Assembly (NCBI GenBank): GCA_036394315.1
Contig: DASWFI010000007.1
Location: 3,984-67,983 of the forward strand
DNA from: Patescibacteria group bacterium
GTDB lineage: Bacteria > Patescibacteriota > Doudnabacteria > UBA920 > O2-02-FULL-48-8
DNA: 64,000 bases
Direction of reading: 5' to 3'
The translations under genes and the position numbers were made by a program. Below are positions 49,383 through 59,514 of the stretch, piece by piece. Numbering within the stretch: the first letter of the stretch is position 1; every line of letters begins with the position of its first letter. A model generated the notes under the pieces. The model did no database searches and was not told the origin of the DNA. It saw nothing but the letters and a program-made list of their open reading frames with translations.

Positions 49383-51377
49383 TTAATTACCATCAGATAT
49401 ATCCAATAATTCTTTGGGGATTGCTTTTAGAAACCGGGAAGGTATGGAAACGTTTCTGGATCCGAATTGCTTTCGGGTTTGGGCGCATAACATATATAAT
49501 CTTTTTTTTGCGCGCGTCACTCCGACGTAAGCGAGCCGAACTTCTTCCGCGATGTCCTTCGGATCCATCAGGGAACGCGCATGAGGCAAAATCCCCTCTT
49601 CTAATCCTACCAGAAATACCGTATCGAATTCCAGTCCTTTGGCCTGGTGCAAAGTCATAAGCGTCACTTTCGGAGAATTCAGATCCAATTCATCTACTGA
49701 CGTCATGAGTGCCACTTCTTCCAAAAATTTAGTCAAACCTTCTTTCCAATTCATTTTACTGAAACTTGCAGCCACGTTGAAAAGTTCCTGAATGTTTTCC
49801 CATCGCCCTTCCCCTTCAGGTGATCCATCGCGCAAAAAAGCTTCATAACCAGAAAGTTTTAAAACTTGTTTGAGCACATCCAACAAGCCGGCGTTTTCTT
49901 CGATGTTGTTCAGAAGATTCAACATCTCAAAAAAATGTTTGATCGGAGGCTTGGTTTCCAAAACCTTGGCCAGTGCTTGCTCATCTTTTTCTATCAAAGC
50001 TTCTTTAAGAAAATCGAAGGTCTTGGGCCCTATGCCGCGCGGAGGCACGTTGATCACTCTTTTAAGACTGACTAAATCATTCGGATTAACCAGCAATCGG
50101 AGATAACTTAAAATATCCTTAATTTCTTTTCGTTCATAAAACTTCAATCCCCCGATGATCTGATAAGGAATGGAGGATTCTATCATAACCTCTTCCAATA
50201 CGCGGGATTGGGCATGGGTGCGGTAAAGCACGGCGATATTGTTTAAACCATTGCGATTTTTAAGTTTGGACAATATTTTCGAGCGGGCATTGCGCATTAT
50301 CCGGCCCAAGATAGTGTCATCTTCTTCGGATTCGTACGAAAGTTCCTTGGATTTTGTCGAGCCATCTTGAATTTCTAAAATCTTGGAAGCGACGAAGTAG
50401 GCTTCACCAAGCTCATCCTGGGCGGAAAAAAAAACTGGCATCTGACCTATCAAATTTTCTGTCCACAATGTTTTTCGGTGTTGAAGCGGATTTAAATCAA
50501 TGACTTTTTGGGCAATCGAGAGGATCGGTGCGGTGGAACGATAGTTTTGTTCCAGCCGAACAACTTTTGCCTCTGGATAGTCGCTCTCAAAATCCAGAAT
50601 GTTTTGTAGATTCGCGCCTCTAAATCCATAAATAGCCTGGGCGTCGTCGCCGACGACAAAAATATTTTTATGAGCGGCTGCCAAAAGCTTGCTGAATTTA
50701 TACTGAACAGCGTTGGTATCCTGGTATTCATCAACTAAAATATACTGCCAAAGCTTTTGGTATTTTTGCAAAACTTCGGGATGCTCCTCAAATATACGAA
50801 CCGGCAAAACCAATAAGTCGCCGAAGTCCACGGCATTATTTTTTTTCATCTCTTCTTCGTAAGTTTCAAAAACTCTTTTGGCAGTTTTATCGAAGGTATT
50901 TTCCTGGGGCAGATCAGCGGGTCCTTCCATATTATTTTTTGCCCGGTCAATAATATGTGCAAACAACGAAGGTTTGTATTTGGTCGGATCAATTCTCAAT
51001 CGAAGCAAAATATCTTTCAATAGGCTTTCCTGATCGGAATTATCATAAATAACAAAATTTTGATCCAAGCCCGTATACTTATATTCAATCCGCAGCAATC
51101 TTACTCCGATCGAATGGAAAGTGCCCATGGTCGGAAGATGCTCAATATCTTTTCCCAAAAGTTTAGTGATTCTTTCCTTCATCTCCCCTGCTGCCTTGTT
51201 TGTAAAAGTCACAGCGAGTATGTTTCTGGGGTGAATATTCATCTTTTTTATAAGGTAAACAATCCGCATGGTTAAAGCGCGGGTCTTGCCGCTGCCCGCT
51301 CCAGCCAATATTAAAACAGGTCCCAAAGGAGCCTTTACTGCTTCTAATTGTGCTTCATTTAAACCTAGTTCTGCCAT
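49383..51377 (-). CDS. pcrA: ATP-dependent DNA helicase PcrA/UvrD
   Basis: LNEAQLEAV...ILAGAGSGKTRALT (motif I), DEYQDTN (motif II), and ...VGVTRAKKRL (motif VI region). Confidence 0.9.
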   Translation of the reverse strand: MAELGLNEAQLEAVKAPLGPVLILAGAGSGKTRALTMRIVYLIKKMNIHPRNILAVTFTNKAAGEMKERITKLLGKDIEHLPTMGTFHSIGVRLLRIEYKYTGLDQNFVIYDNSDQESLLKDILLRLRIDPTKYKPSLFAHIIDRAKNNMEGPADLPQENTFDKTAKRVFETYEEEMKKNNAVDFGDLLVLPVRIFEEHPEVLQKYQKLWQYILVDEYQDTNAVQYKFSKLLAAAHKNIFVVGDDAQAIYGFRGANLQNILDFESDYPEAKVVRLEQNYRSTAPILSIAQKVIDLNPLQHRKTLWTENLIGQMPVFFSAQDELGEAYFVASKILEIQDGSTKSKELSYESEEDDTILGRIMRNARSKILSKLKNRNGLNNIAVLYRTHAQSRVLEEVMIESSIPYQIIGGLKFYERKEIKDILSYLRLLVNPNDLVSLKRVINVPPRGIGPKTFDFLKEALIEKDEQALAKVLETKPPIKHFFEMLNLLNNIEENAGLLDVLKQVLKLSGYEAFLRDGSPEGEGRWENIQELFNVAASFSKMNWKEGLTKFLEEVALMTSVDELDLNSPKVTLMTLHQAKGLEFDTVFLVGLEEGILPHARSLMDPKDIAEEVRLAYVGVTRAKKRLYMLCAQTRKQFGSRNVSIPSRFLKAIPKELLDISDGN

Positions 51378-51836
51378 AACCTATGCATTATAGAGAATAA
51401 TGAATAACGAATAAAGAATTAGGATAAAACTGCCCATAATTCATGATTCTTAATTCTTTTTTTCTTTGTGGTTCCTTCCTGTGGATATTAACACAATAAA
51501 ACCCCTTTAAATTGTCTAGTTTTTTGAACTTATATACAAAACACCCCCTCTAGAGTGTTGACTCTTAATAGCTATTTTGGTAATATTTGGTCTGTGGTTA
51601 TTGTATTTTGTAAGAACAGTTAGTCCACAAGATCGCTTGCTTTGCTGTTGAAATAGACCCATTATTGCGGTTGCATAAAGTAAGCTTTCTACTGGAATTT
51701 ATAAGGAGTTCTTATTTTCCCCCTCACTCGAAAGGTTGCTCCCCAACCTCTTAAACAAAAGATTATTTCCCGGGTACTCCGAATTTCCCAAACTTGGAAA
51801 TCAAACAGTAAATTCACAATCCATCCGTTTAAGTCT

Positions 51837-53012
51837 TTGCACTCAAAGCATCTCCTTCCCCTTTCCCTGTCGGACTATGTGGCGCGTTTTAGTTTGGAGT
51901 TTGTTGTTTTAGGTATTGCTGTCCTGGCGGTGTATACTAATCTTTCCCTCATCCGTCACGCTAACGTCGTTTCAGCAAATGACCAAAGCGTGATTTTTTC
52001 ATTTCTGAAAAATAATCCAAAACTTAACGACGCACTCTTGACGCAGACGGAGACCACCACGATTTTGGCCAAATCTGATCAGTTGATTTCTAAAGCCCTG
52101 GCTCAATCGACATCGGGTATCCTTTTAACTTCTTCCCAATCTGCCCCCTCTGCAATTAATCACACGACTATCCAAAATGATGTGATTGTGAAAACCAATC
52201 CTGCAGACACTCAAAGCTTTTACCGCCATGGGTTGACCCAATACAAAGTTCAGACAGGAGATACTGTCATCGGCATCGCATCCAGCTTCGGTATTTCTCC
52301 CGCCACCATCATGAAGGAAAACAAGATGGATGAAACTACAACTTTAAAGCCAGGACAAGAATTAACGATTCTGCCCACCACTGGGATTACGTATACTCTC
52401 AAAGAAGGTGATGCGCAAGAATCGCTTTTAAATAAATACAAGATTACAGAAGAGGCCTTCCTGGATGCAAATAATATCGAATCATTCGATGACTTGGCCG
52501 TAGGTGCAGTGGTTGTAATTCCTATGGATAGTGTGAACGTTCCTGCTGTATCCAAACCGGCTTCTAAATTCGTCCGAAGTGACGCAGGCAAGGTTTCTCT
52601 AAAAACAGCCGATTCTCCAGTGGACTTTGTCGGTGGCGCTCTAAGCTTCATTTGGCCCACAGCCGTAAGATCTATCACCCAAGGATTTTCTTCCCGTCAT
52701 ACGGGACTTGATATTTCTGACAGTAAGAAAGAGCCAATCTTTGCCGCTGCCGATGGATTCGTGGAAATCTCCGGTTATCAAGCCAATGGTTATGGTAATA
52801 CAATCGTTATCAACCATGGTAATGGTTTAAAAACCCGCTATGGCCATGCTTCGGAGTTGTATGTTTCAGCTGGCGAGTATGTGAAACAAGGACAAACAAT
52901 TGCCAAACAAGGCAATACGGGACGTGTCAGAGGCACTACTGGCATTCACTTACACTTCGAAGTTATGAAGAACGGTACACGAGTAAATCCCCTAAGCTAC
53001 GTCAGACCATAA
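51837..53012 (+). CDS. LysM-domain M23 family peptidase
   Basis: Two LysM-like repeats (YKVQTGDTVIGIASSFG.. and YTLKEGDAQESLLNKYK..) plus the M23 signature HTGLDIS...GNTGRVRGTTGIHLHFEV. Preceded by a ~460 nt untranslated leader. Confidence 0.85.
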   Translation: MHSKHLLPLSLSDYVARFSLEFVVLGIAVLAVYTNLSLIRHANVVSANDQSVIFSFLKNNPKLNDALLTQTETTTILAKSDQLISKALAQSTSGILLTSSQSAPSAINHTTIQNDVIVKTNPADTQSFYRHGLTQYKVQTGDTVIGIASSFGISPATIMKENKMDETTTLKPGQELTILPTTGITYTLKEGDAQESLLNKYKITEEAFLDANNIESFDDLAVGAVVVIPMDSVNVPAVSKPASKFVRSDAGKVSLKTADSPVDFVGGALSFIWPTAVRSITQGFSSRHTGLDISDSKKEPIFAAADGFVEISGYQANGYGNTIVINHGNGLKTRYGHASELYVSAGEYVKQGQTIAKQGNTGRVRGTTGIHLHFEVMKNGTRVNPLSYVRP

Positions 53013-53090
53013 AAGAGGTTATAGTAAGTAGACTATAGAAATTTAAAACCCAGGAATGTCCTGGGTTTTTTCTACAACCTATAACCTGCT

Positions 53091-54860
53091 TTACTGCACT
53101 GTTGTTCCTTTACTATTCATAACGTCATCCTGGAGATCGGCTACGGTGATGCTCTGAATGTTATCGCTTTTTACTTCCAGATTTGTAAACGCATCGGTTC
53201 CGATTGCTTGGACTTGGGTCAGCAACCCCATGACTTTATTTCTATCTGCTTCCGTGGGAGTAACTTCCAACTGAAAAGTTACTTTTAACGCTGGAGTATA
53301 CCTGCCTACAAACGCAGCGAGGTCGCCGATATTCCAGGTAATCTTTCCCGAATTCGGATCATAGCTCAAACGATTTTTTTCTGTATCAGGAATGATCACG
53401 TTTTTCCAAGCCGAGACGGGCAGAGGCAGAGATGCCACAACTTTTGTATTGGATAAATCATTGCTCAAATTAGACAGAAGAAAAGTGATTGCAAACAGAG
53501 TCGGCTGATTCACCTGCATGGGAGCAGCTCCGGAAACATAATTACCTGTCACACTTAAGTCCACCACTGTTCCCAGCTTCAAACTTACCTCTGGGGTCTT
53601 GGTCGGCTTGGAAATTTCCTGCGAAGAAATCATGGCCGAAGCTTTGATGGTTTGATTTTTAAGATTAGTATTCAGGTTTTGTACCAAGGGAACACTGAAG
53701 CGGATTTCTCCTTTCTGGCTTGGCGAAAGTACGCTTAAACCGGGCGAAGTTGCGGCCTTCCAGGTCAGCGTTCGCCCTTTGATAATGGCATCTGGAGCCG
53801 AGAGCCTGGCAAAATCCAAAGCCGTACCTTCCAGATTTACGACTATAGTCAGATTGTTTAAGCCGATGCGGCCCTGGTTTGAATAATTTATTTTATAATT
53901 AATCGAATTGCCTAATTTAACAACATTATTCTTTACATCGGAAGCAAGCAGGATGGCCAGCGCTGACGGGATCAGCTTGAACGTTGCCGTGGAAGTCAAC
54001 TGCGGGGCAAATATATCATTGATTATTTGACCCAAATCCGCCTTCACTAATTTAGTTTCAGTGTCATTGCCTACAAAGCTACCGGTGATCTCAATACTGG
54101 CCGAGCTATTGCTTCGCAGTTTGGGAAGCAACCAGTAATTATTGTTTTTCGAAACCGCAGGATTGCTGGAAGTAAAGCTAAATCCCTCGGGATAAGCCAC
54201 CTGCAATGCCAAATTGTCGAAATCTTGATTCGTCACATTGGTAAATGTCACGGTATATGTCGTGTCCTGACCATTGACCACATCCACAGGACCATTTACA
54301 TCCATAGTTAGATTCGGCGGCAATATACTAGTCTTGATAGTTTGTTCTACGGCGAATTCAGAATTAAAATTGGACAACCGATAATGAAGCATGGCCTTGA
54401 TTTGTTTATCCTCACCCGTAGAGCCGGCGAGTTTGCCGCGAATCACTACTTCCCCATCTTTTCCTTGCTTCACCACAGGCAAGTTAAAGATATTGCCACC
54501 CGAAGAAATAGATGCGAGAGTTGCGGACTTAAATTTAAAACCAGCCGGATAAAACATTTCTAAAGAAATATTTACCAGGTCAGCATTCTCGCCATTGCGG
54601 TAAACCACGCGGTATTCCGCTTCATTGCCGGACATCAGCTGGTCCGGTCCTTTGATTAGAAGCACGACATTGTTGGAAGTGGGAGCCACCGGCTTTTGAT
54701 TCCCGAAGAAATACCAACCGATGAATACGATTACCACAAAGGCCAGGCTTGAAAAAACTATCGTCTTGTTTTTCAAAACCTGCTTCCATTTTGGTTCCTG
54801 CGGATTGTAGTTCACAGGGATTTCCAATCTTGATTTGTCGTCTAAAATTTGATCATCCAT
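53091..54860 (-). CDS. Large membrane-anchored surface protein with repeated beta-rich domains (hypothetical)
   Basis: 589 aa; N-terminal TM (VFSSLAFVVIVFIGWYFF), then repetitive T/S/N-rich beta segments. Confidence 0.45.
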   Translation of the reverse strand: MDDQILDDKSRLEIPVNYNPQEPKWKQVLKNKTIVFSSLAFVVIVFIGWYFFGNQKPVAPTSNNVVLLIKGPDQLMSGNEAEYRVVYRNGENADLVNISLEMFYPAGFKFKSATLASISSGGNIFNLPVVKQGKDGEVVIRGKLAGSTGEDKQIKAMLHYRLSNFNSEFAVEQTIKTSILPPNLTMDVNGPVDVVNGQDTTYTVTFTNVTNQDFDNLALQVAYPEGFSFTSSNPAVSKNNNYWLLPKLRSNSSASIEITGSFVGNDTETKLVKADLGQIINDIFAPQLTSTATFKLIPSALAILLASDVKNNVVKLGNSINYKINYSNQGRIGLNNLTIVVNLEGTALDFARLSAPDAIIKGRTLTWKAATSPGLSVLSPSQKGEIRFSVPLVQNLNTNLKNQTIKASAMISSQEISKPTKTPEVSLKLGTVVDLSVTGNYVSGAAPMQVNQPTLFAITFLLSNLSNDLSNTKVVASLPLPVSAWKNVIIPDTEKNRLSYDPNSGKITWNIGDLAAFVGRYTPALKVTFQLEVTPTEADRNKVMGLLTQVQAIGTDAFTNLEVKSDNIQSITVADLQDDVMNSKGTTVQ

Positions 54861-55378
54861 ACTGGCCTTTCTAAAACATATTCGATAAATTTATTAATAT
54901 CAGTATGATTGGGATTTGGGTTGTGAGGAAATTTGAATCCCAAAGCGTCCAAAAGATCCAGAGAAAAACTATCCAGCAATCCGTAATCTACGGCAAAGTA
55001 ACTTGGTTTGTCTAAATTGATCAGAAATTCCTTCAGTAATAGAAATACTGTTTCATTTGGATGCTCATCCGCCGTCAATTTCAACATCAGCTCGGCAGCA
55101 TAGAATCCAATTGCGGTTTTCTGCAAATCTTCCCGCAAGCTTCCAAATTGCCGGATGCACTTGGCTCCAATCAAAACCGGCAATTGAGAACCAACAATAT
55201 CTATCTCTGACAACCCCAGATCCTGTACGGCGTAATTCAGCTTGCTTTTGGGCAGCCGGAGAGATTTTGCCAATACTCGCACCTTGCCTGCTTCTTGCGT
55301 CCATACAGTCAATATTTGATCGGCTTCCTTATAATTTTGTTTCTTTAGGATAACTCCGGTGAGTTTCTTATATTTCAT
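54842..55378 (-). CDS. recO: DNA repair protein RecO (short form: OB-fold N-domain plus helical domain)
   Basis: MKYKKLTGVILKKQNYKEADQILTVWTQEAGKVRVLAKSLR matches the RecO N-terminal OB fold. Confidence 0.7.
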   Translation of the reverse strand: MKYKKLTGVILKKQNYKEADQILTVWTQEAGKVRVLAKSLRLPKSKLNYAVQDLGLSEIDIVGSQLPVLIGAKCIRQFGSLREDLQKTAIGFYAAELMLKLTADEHPNETVFLLLKEFLINLDKPSYFAVDYGLLDSFSLDLLDALGFKFPHNPNPNHTDINKFIEYVLERPVWMIKF

Positions 55379-58300
55379 TTAGTCAACGCGATGTCCACAC
55401 TTTTGCCTTCAACTTCAAACTTTTCTCCCCCCGCTTCCTTAGAAATCTTATTGATATAGGTCTTTTTTGTGTCGAAAAGGTCAAAAGCGGCGATTAATTC
55501 GTCATCATCAGTATTATAAGATAAATTGACGATTTCCCCAACTTTTAAGCCGGATTTTTTCCGCAAATCCTGCACAGCGCGTTCCAGCTCCCGAGCCAAG
55601 CCTTCTTTTTTAAGCTCAGATGTTAGATTTAGATCAAATTCCAATTTATCGCCGAATTTCACCGTCTTTACATTCAATTCCTCAGCCAGAATATCAGTAT
55701 AATCTTTGCGAAGTTCGTTCTTGTCATTATATGTTACCGAGGCCAATGGTTGACGTAATTTTATATTCGCGGCTTTTCTAAGCCCATGACCCTGCTCAAC
55801 TAAGTTGCGCACCAATTCCATTTGCTCCAAAACTTCCTTTTGATCTTTGCTCAATTCTTTCTTTTCCGGCCACTTGGCTAAATGAACTGAAAGCACGGCC
55901 GGATTTTTATTCAGATTACTGTAAATTAATTCCGACATATAAGGTATTACCGGAGCTGAAACTTTAGCCATTACCAGAAGTGCATGACGCAAGCTGCCGA
56001 AGAAATGACTGTCCTTTCGTCCGCGACTTCTTCGCAAGTACCAAGTCGATAATTCATTTATATATTCCTCGATCGCTCTGGTGGCACGCACAGTATTGTA
56101 TCCATCCAATTCATCTGTAACGGTATTTACCAACTCCTGCGTCTTAGCAACAATCCAAAGATCCAGGACATTCGTCAAATCCGGTTTGTATCCTGCTGGC
56201 TTGGGTTCCCACCCTGCTTCATTGGCGTACGTGACGAAATAATTATATACGTTCCATAAAATCAAAATATTTTTTCTGTAAATCACACTTAATTCTCTTT
56301 CACTAAAATTCAGATTATCGGCATTCATCACTGGCGAGTTCATTAGATAAAATCTCATAGCATCTACGCCATACTTCCCCATGACTTCCCATGGATCGGG
56401 ATAATTATTTTTTGACTTACTCATCTTAGAACCATCTTCAGCCAAAATTGTTCCGGTGGTCACCACGCTTTGGAATGGTGCTTTGCCGAACAAATTATAT
56501 GATATGACATGCATGACATAAAACCACGCACGCGTTTGAGCGATGTATTCGGCTACGAATTGTGCTGGGAACCGGCTTTCGAAAACCTCTTTCTGGTCAA
56601 ACGGATAATGATATTCGGCAAACGGCATAGAGCCTGCTTCCACCCAAGAATCGAATATTTCTGGGGTTCTATGGGCATCCTTGCCACACTCTTTGCATTT
56701 CAAAACCACATCGTCAATATACGGTCGATGCAAATCTACAATCGAAACATTTATCTCGAAAACTTCCACATATTTCGGGTACGGTCTTTCAGACCCAAAG
56801 TGTCTCATTAAAACCAAAAGCGGATCTCCATGACCCACTACTAAAATCTTCTTACCTTCATATTTCTGATTAACTTCATTCACAAAATCAACCATTCGTT
56901 TTTGAACTTCTGCCCAGGTTTCTCCGCCCTTGGGTGCTTCTGTCCATAGATCGTGCTTATTTGCGAATTCATTCTGCCATTCTTTTTCCGATTTGCCCTC
57001 AAATTCACCGACGTTATATTCCCGCAGTCTCTCATCAGTCTTTATTTCCAACCCTATTTTTTTCGCCAATATTTCTGCCGTATGCCTTGTCCGTAAAAAA
57101 TCAGACGTGAAAATCAAATCTATGCCGAGCTCTTTAATCTGCCTGGCTAAATTTTCCGCTTGTGATAATCCTTCCTTTGACAAACCAAACCGATCTTTCT
57201 CAATGGAATTAGAAATAACATTCAAAACATTTTTTTCTGACTCCGCGTGCCGGACAAAATAAAAAGTATTTTTTTCCAAACCTAAATCTTTAATACTGCC
57301 GGCCACCGTGTTGTGTCCGTCTTCGCACTTCCAAACCGGGATCGGATTGCCCCAGTATCTATTTCGAGAAATATTCCAATCAGGAGCCGCTTCTACACTC
57401 TTTTGATACCGACCGTGCTTCAGATGTTCCGGATACCAGTTGATTTCTTTTTCGTTAGTTTCCAGGAGTCCTGATTTGATCTTTTGAATATTCATAAACC
57501 ATGCAGGAATGGCATTGTAGAAAAGCGTCGTGCCACAACGCCAGCAGTGCGGATACGAATGCTGGTGTTGTTGTTTGGCAAACATCAATCCCCTACTCTC
57601 CAAATCTTTCTTGATCAATTTTTCTGAATCTTTAAAATACATTCCTCGAATCAGCTCCGGAGCTAAGGTATTAAACTTTCCCTTTTCATCCAGCAGCGGA
57701 ACGACAGGCAAACCCACTTTCATTCCCAAATTATAGTCATCTTCTCCGTAGACAACAGCTGTGTGCACAATTCCAGTACCCTCTTCTGTATTTACAAAAT
57801 CTGCAGCGTAAACTTTAAAGGCCTTGTCAGATTGAACAGCTGGCACATCAAATAAAGGTTCATATTCAAGGCCAACCAAGTCGGAACCCTTATACTGCTC
57901 TTTTGTGCGATCGTCAATTTTAGTAGTATCCCCAAAGACAGAATTTACTCTATCTATTGCAATAATATAAAATTCATCGCCGACTTTTATTTTGAGATAG
58001 TGAATATCTTCTCCGACTGCCAAAGCCACGTTGCCTGGCAAAGTCCAGGGAGTGGTGGTCCAAGCTAATAAATAAGTATTTTCTTGGCCTTTGACTTTAA
58101 ACTTAACTGTCACTGCTTCTTCCGTCACTTCCTTATAACTATTATCCATGGCGACTTCAAAGTTGGAAATCGGTGTCTCACAACGCGGACAATACAATAA
58201 TACGCGACGGCCTTCGTAAACAAGTCCCTTGTCGTAAATTTGCTTGAACGCCCACCATACGGATTCCATGTAATCACGATCCATAGTTTTGTAAGAATCG

Positions 58301-58746
58301 TCAAACTCCACCCAGCGCGCAATCCGGCGGATGGTTTTTTTCCACTCATCAGCGAATTGCAAAACCATACTGCGACAAGTTTCATTGAACTTTTTAATTC
58401 CCAATTTTTCAATATCTTTTTTTCCGGAAATTCCAAGCTTGCGCTCGACTAACTCTTCTATCGGCAAGCCGTGGCAATCCCACCCCCAGCGCCGACGCAC
58501 ATAGCGCCCGTGCATAGTTTGATAACGGGGAAATAAATCTTTGACAGTGGAAGCTAAAATATGTCCGTAATGAGGCAAACCTGTGGCAAAGGGCGGGCCA
58601 TCGTAAAAAGTATACGGTTGGCCGTTTTTGGTTTGTTCTAGAGATTTCTCGAAAATCTGATTCTCTTCCCAAAACTTCAAAACCTCTTCCTCAAGTTTCG
58701 GAAAGTCTGGTTTTGGATCAATTGGTTTGAAAGGTTGTTTACTCAT
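55375..58746 (-). CDS. ileS: Isoleucyl-tRNA synthetase carrying an inserted histidine-phosphatase (PGAM-like) domain
   Basis: HIGH-class motif PHYGH, CP1 editing region, KMSKS (DGSKMSKSKNN) and the anticodon-binding region. The insert at aa ~494-668 carries FVRHAESEKN (RHG-type), ...IDLIFTSDFLRTRHTAEIL..., ERLREYNVGEFEG and VVGHGDPLL (GHG-type). Confidence 0.93.
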   Translation of the reverse strand: MSKQPFKPIDPKPDFPKLEEEVLKFWEENQIFEKSLEQTKNGQPYTFYDGPPFATGLPHYGHILASTVKDLFPRYQTMHGRYVRRRWGWDCHGLPIEELVERKLGISGKKDIEKLGIKKFNETCRSMVLQFADEWKKTIRRIARWVEFDDSYKTMDRDYMESVWWAFKQIYDKGLVYEGRRVLLYCPRCETPISNFEVAMDNSYKEVTEEAVTVKFKVKGQENTYLLAWTTTPWTLPGNVALAVGEDIHYLKIKVGDEFYIIAIDRVNSVFGDTTKIDDRTKEQYKGSDLVGLEYEPLFDVPAVQSDKAFKVYAADFVNTEEGTGIVHTAVVYGEDDYNLGMKVGLPVVPLLDEKGKFNTLAPELIRGMYFKDSEKLIKKDLESRGLMFAKQQHQHSYPHCWRCGTTLFYNAIPAWFMNIQKIKSGLLETNEKEINWYPEHLKHGRYQKSVEAAPDWNISRNRYWGNPIPVWKCEDGHNTVAGSIKDLGLEKNTFYFVRHAESEKNVLNVISNSIEKDRFGLSKEGLSQAENLARQIKELGIDLIFTSDFLRTRHTAEILAKKIGLEIKTDERLREYNVGEFEGKSEKEWQNEFANKHDLWTEAPKGGETWAEVQKRMVDFVNEVNQKYEGKKILVVGHGDPLLVLMRHFGSERPYPKYVEVFEINVSIVDLHRPYIDDVVLKCKECGKDAHRTPEIFDSWVEAGSMPFAEYHYPFDQKEVFESRFPAQFVAEYIAQTRAWFYVMHVISYNLFGKAPFQSVVTTGTILAEDGSKMSKSKNNYPDPWEVMGKYGVDAMRFYLMNSPVMNADNLNFSERELSVIYRKNILILWNVYNYFVTYANEAGWEPKPAGYKPDLTNVLDLWIVAKTQELVNTVTDELDGYNTVRATRAIEEYINELSTWYLRRSRGRKDSHFFGSLRHALLVMAKVSAPVIPYMSELIYSNLNKNPAVLSVHLAKWPEKKELSKDQKEVLEQMELVRNLVEQGHGLRKAANIKLRQPLASVTYNDKNELRKDYTDILAEELNVKTVKFGDKLEFDLNLTSELKKEGLARELERAVQDLRKKSGLKVGEIVNLSYNTDDDELIAAFDLFDTKKTYINKISKEAGGEKFEVEGKSVDIALTK
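56745..57270 (-). other. Histidine phosphatase / phosphoglycerate-mutase-like domain inserted within ileS
   Basis: All branch-1 histidine phosphatase motifs are present in order (RH(A/G)ES..N; LS..G..QA; ..SS/TSD.LRT..TA; E.L.E.N.G..EG; GHG). The insert is flanked by the IleRS segments GSIKDLGLEKN and VDLHRPYIDDV, which are normally separated by only ~25 aa. Confidence 0.75.
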
Positions 58747-59381
58747 ATTTTTTTAAATTCCCAAAAACCTGCATGCTTTTTTTCTCCGTGTACCTCCAGG
58801 GCTTTTTTTAATTTAGAAAGTTTAAATATTCGCCATTTTGGAAATCGAGGAGATGGATCAATTAATCGAACTGAATCTTTCCCGACCAACCTATCAATCA
58901 CCGAAACATGCCCATCTCTTTCCGGCAGATCGTTGAGTGTACCAAAATCAAAGCATACAATAACATCTTTATCTTTCTTCACCGCATCAGAAATGTAGTT
59001 CTTAAAACTTGCCACGTTTGGGAACTGATTAATCGGCCTATAAGTCATGCGCAATGGAATTTTTAAACTGGAAAATACTTTGTTCGGGTCCACTTCGCGT
59101 CCACTTAACCTGGTCCCATAACCGGCTCTTGGTTTTTTACCTTTTCTGGCATTCCAAAATAAATACCTAAACTCGGGTGCCACTGTTAAACCCAAATGGT
59201 ATCCTAATAATTCCTGCGCGATTAATGGAATTTTTTGCTTATACATTATCATCCAAATACAAGTCGGGACACAGCTCGATCTTTGCTGCGTAAATGGAAT
59301 ATATCGGCTATCTTTAGGAACGATCTCTTTCATAAAAATAAAAAAGCCGCTGATTTTGCGATCCCTTTCGGGAGGTACCAT
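58743..59381 (-). CDS. Hypothetical protein, possible papain-like (C39/transglutaminase-like) cysteine peptidase
   Basis: Q-x5-C (QQRSSCVPTCIWMI) with a downstream His (DGHVSVID); overlaps the ileS start by 4 nt. Confidence 0.35.
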   Translation of the reverse strand: MVPPERDRKISGFFIFMKEIVPKDSRYIPFTQQRSSCVPTCIWMIMYKQKIPLIAQELLGYHLGLTVAPEFRYLFWNARKGKKPRAGYGTRLSGREVDPNKVFSSLKIPLRMTYRPINQFPNVASFKNYISDAVKKDKDVIVCFDFGTLNDLPERDGHVSVIDRLVGKDSVRLIDPSPRFPKWRIFKLSKLKKALEVHGEKKHAGFWEFKKI

Positions 59382-59514
59382 CGCAATTCCTTTTGGCTCT
59401 TAATTATGCTTTTTACGCTAAGCTTACGTGCAGTTCTAGGCTTTAAAAGCTTTTTCTGCAAAAACTCCCCGCTGATAACGGATCCACGCTTTTATACTTT
59501 GATTATAGCACATT

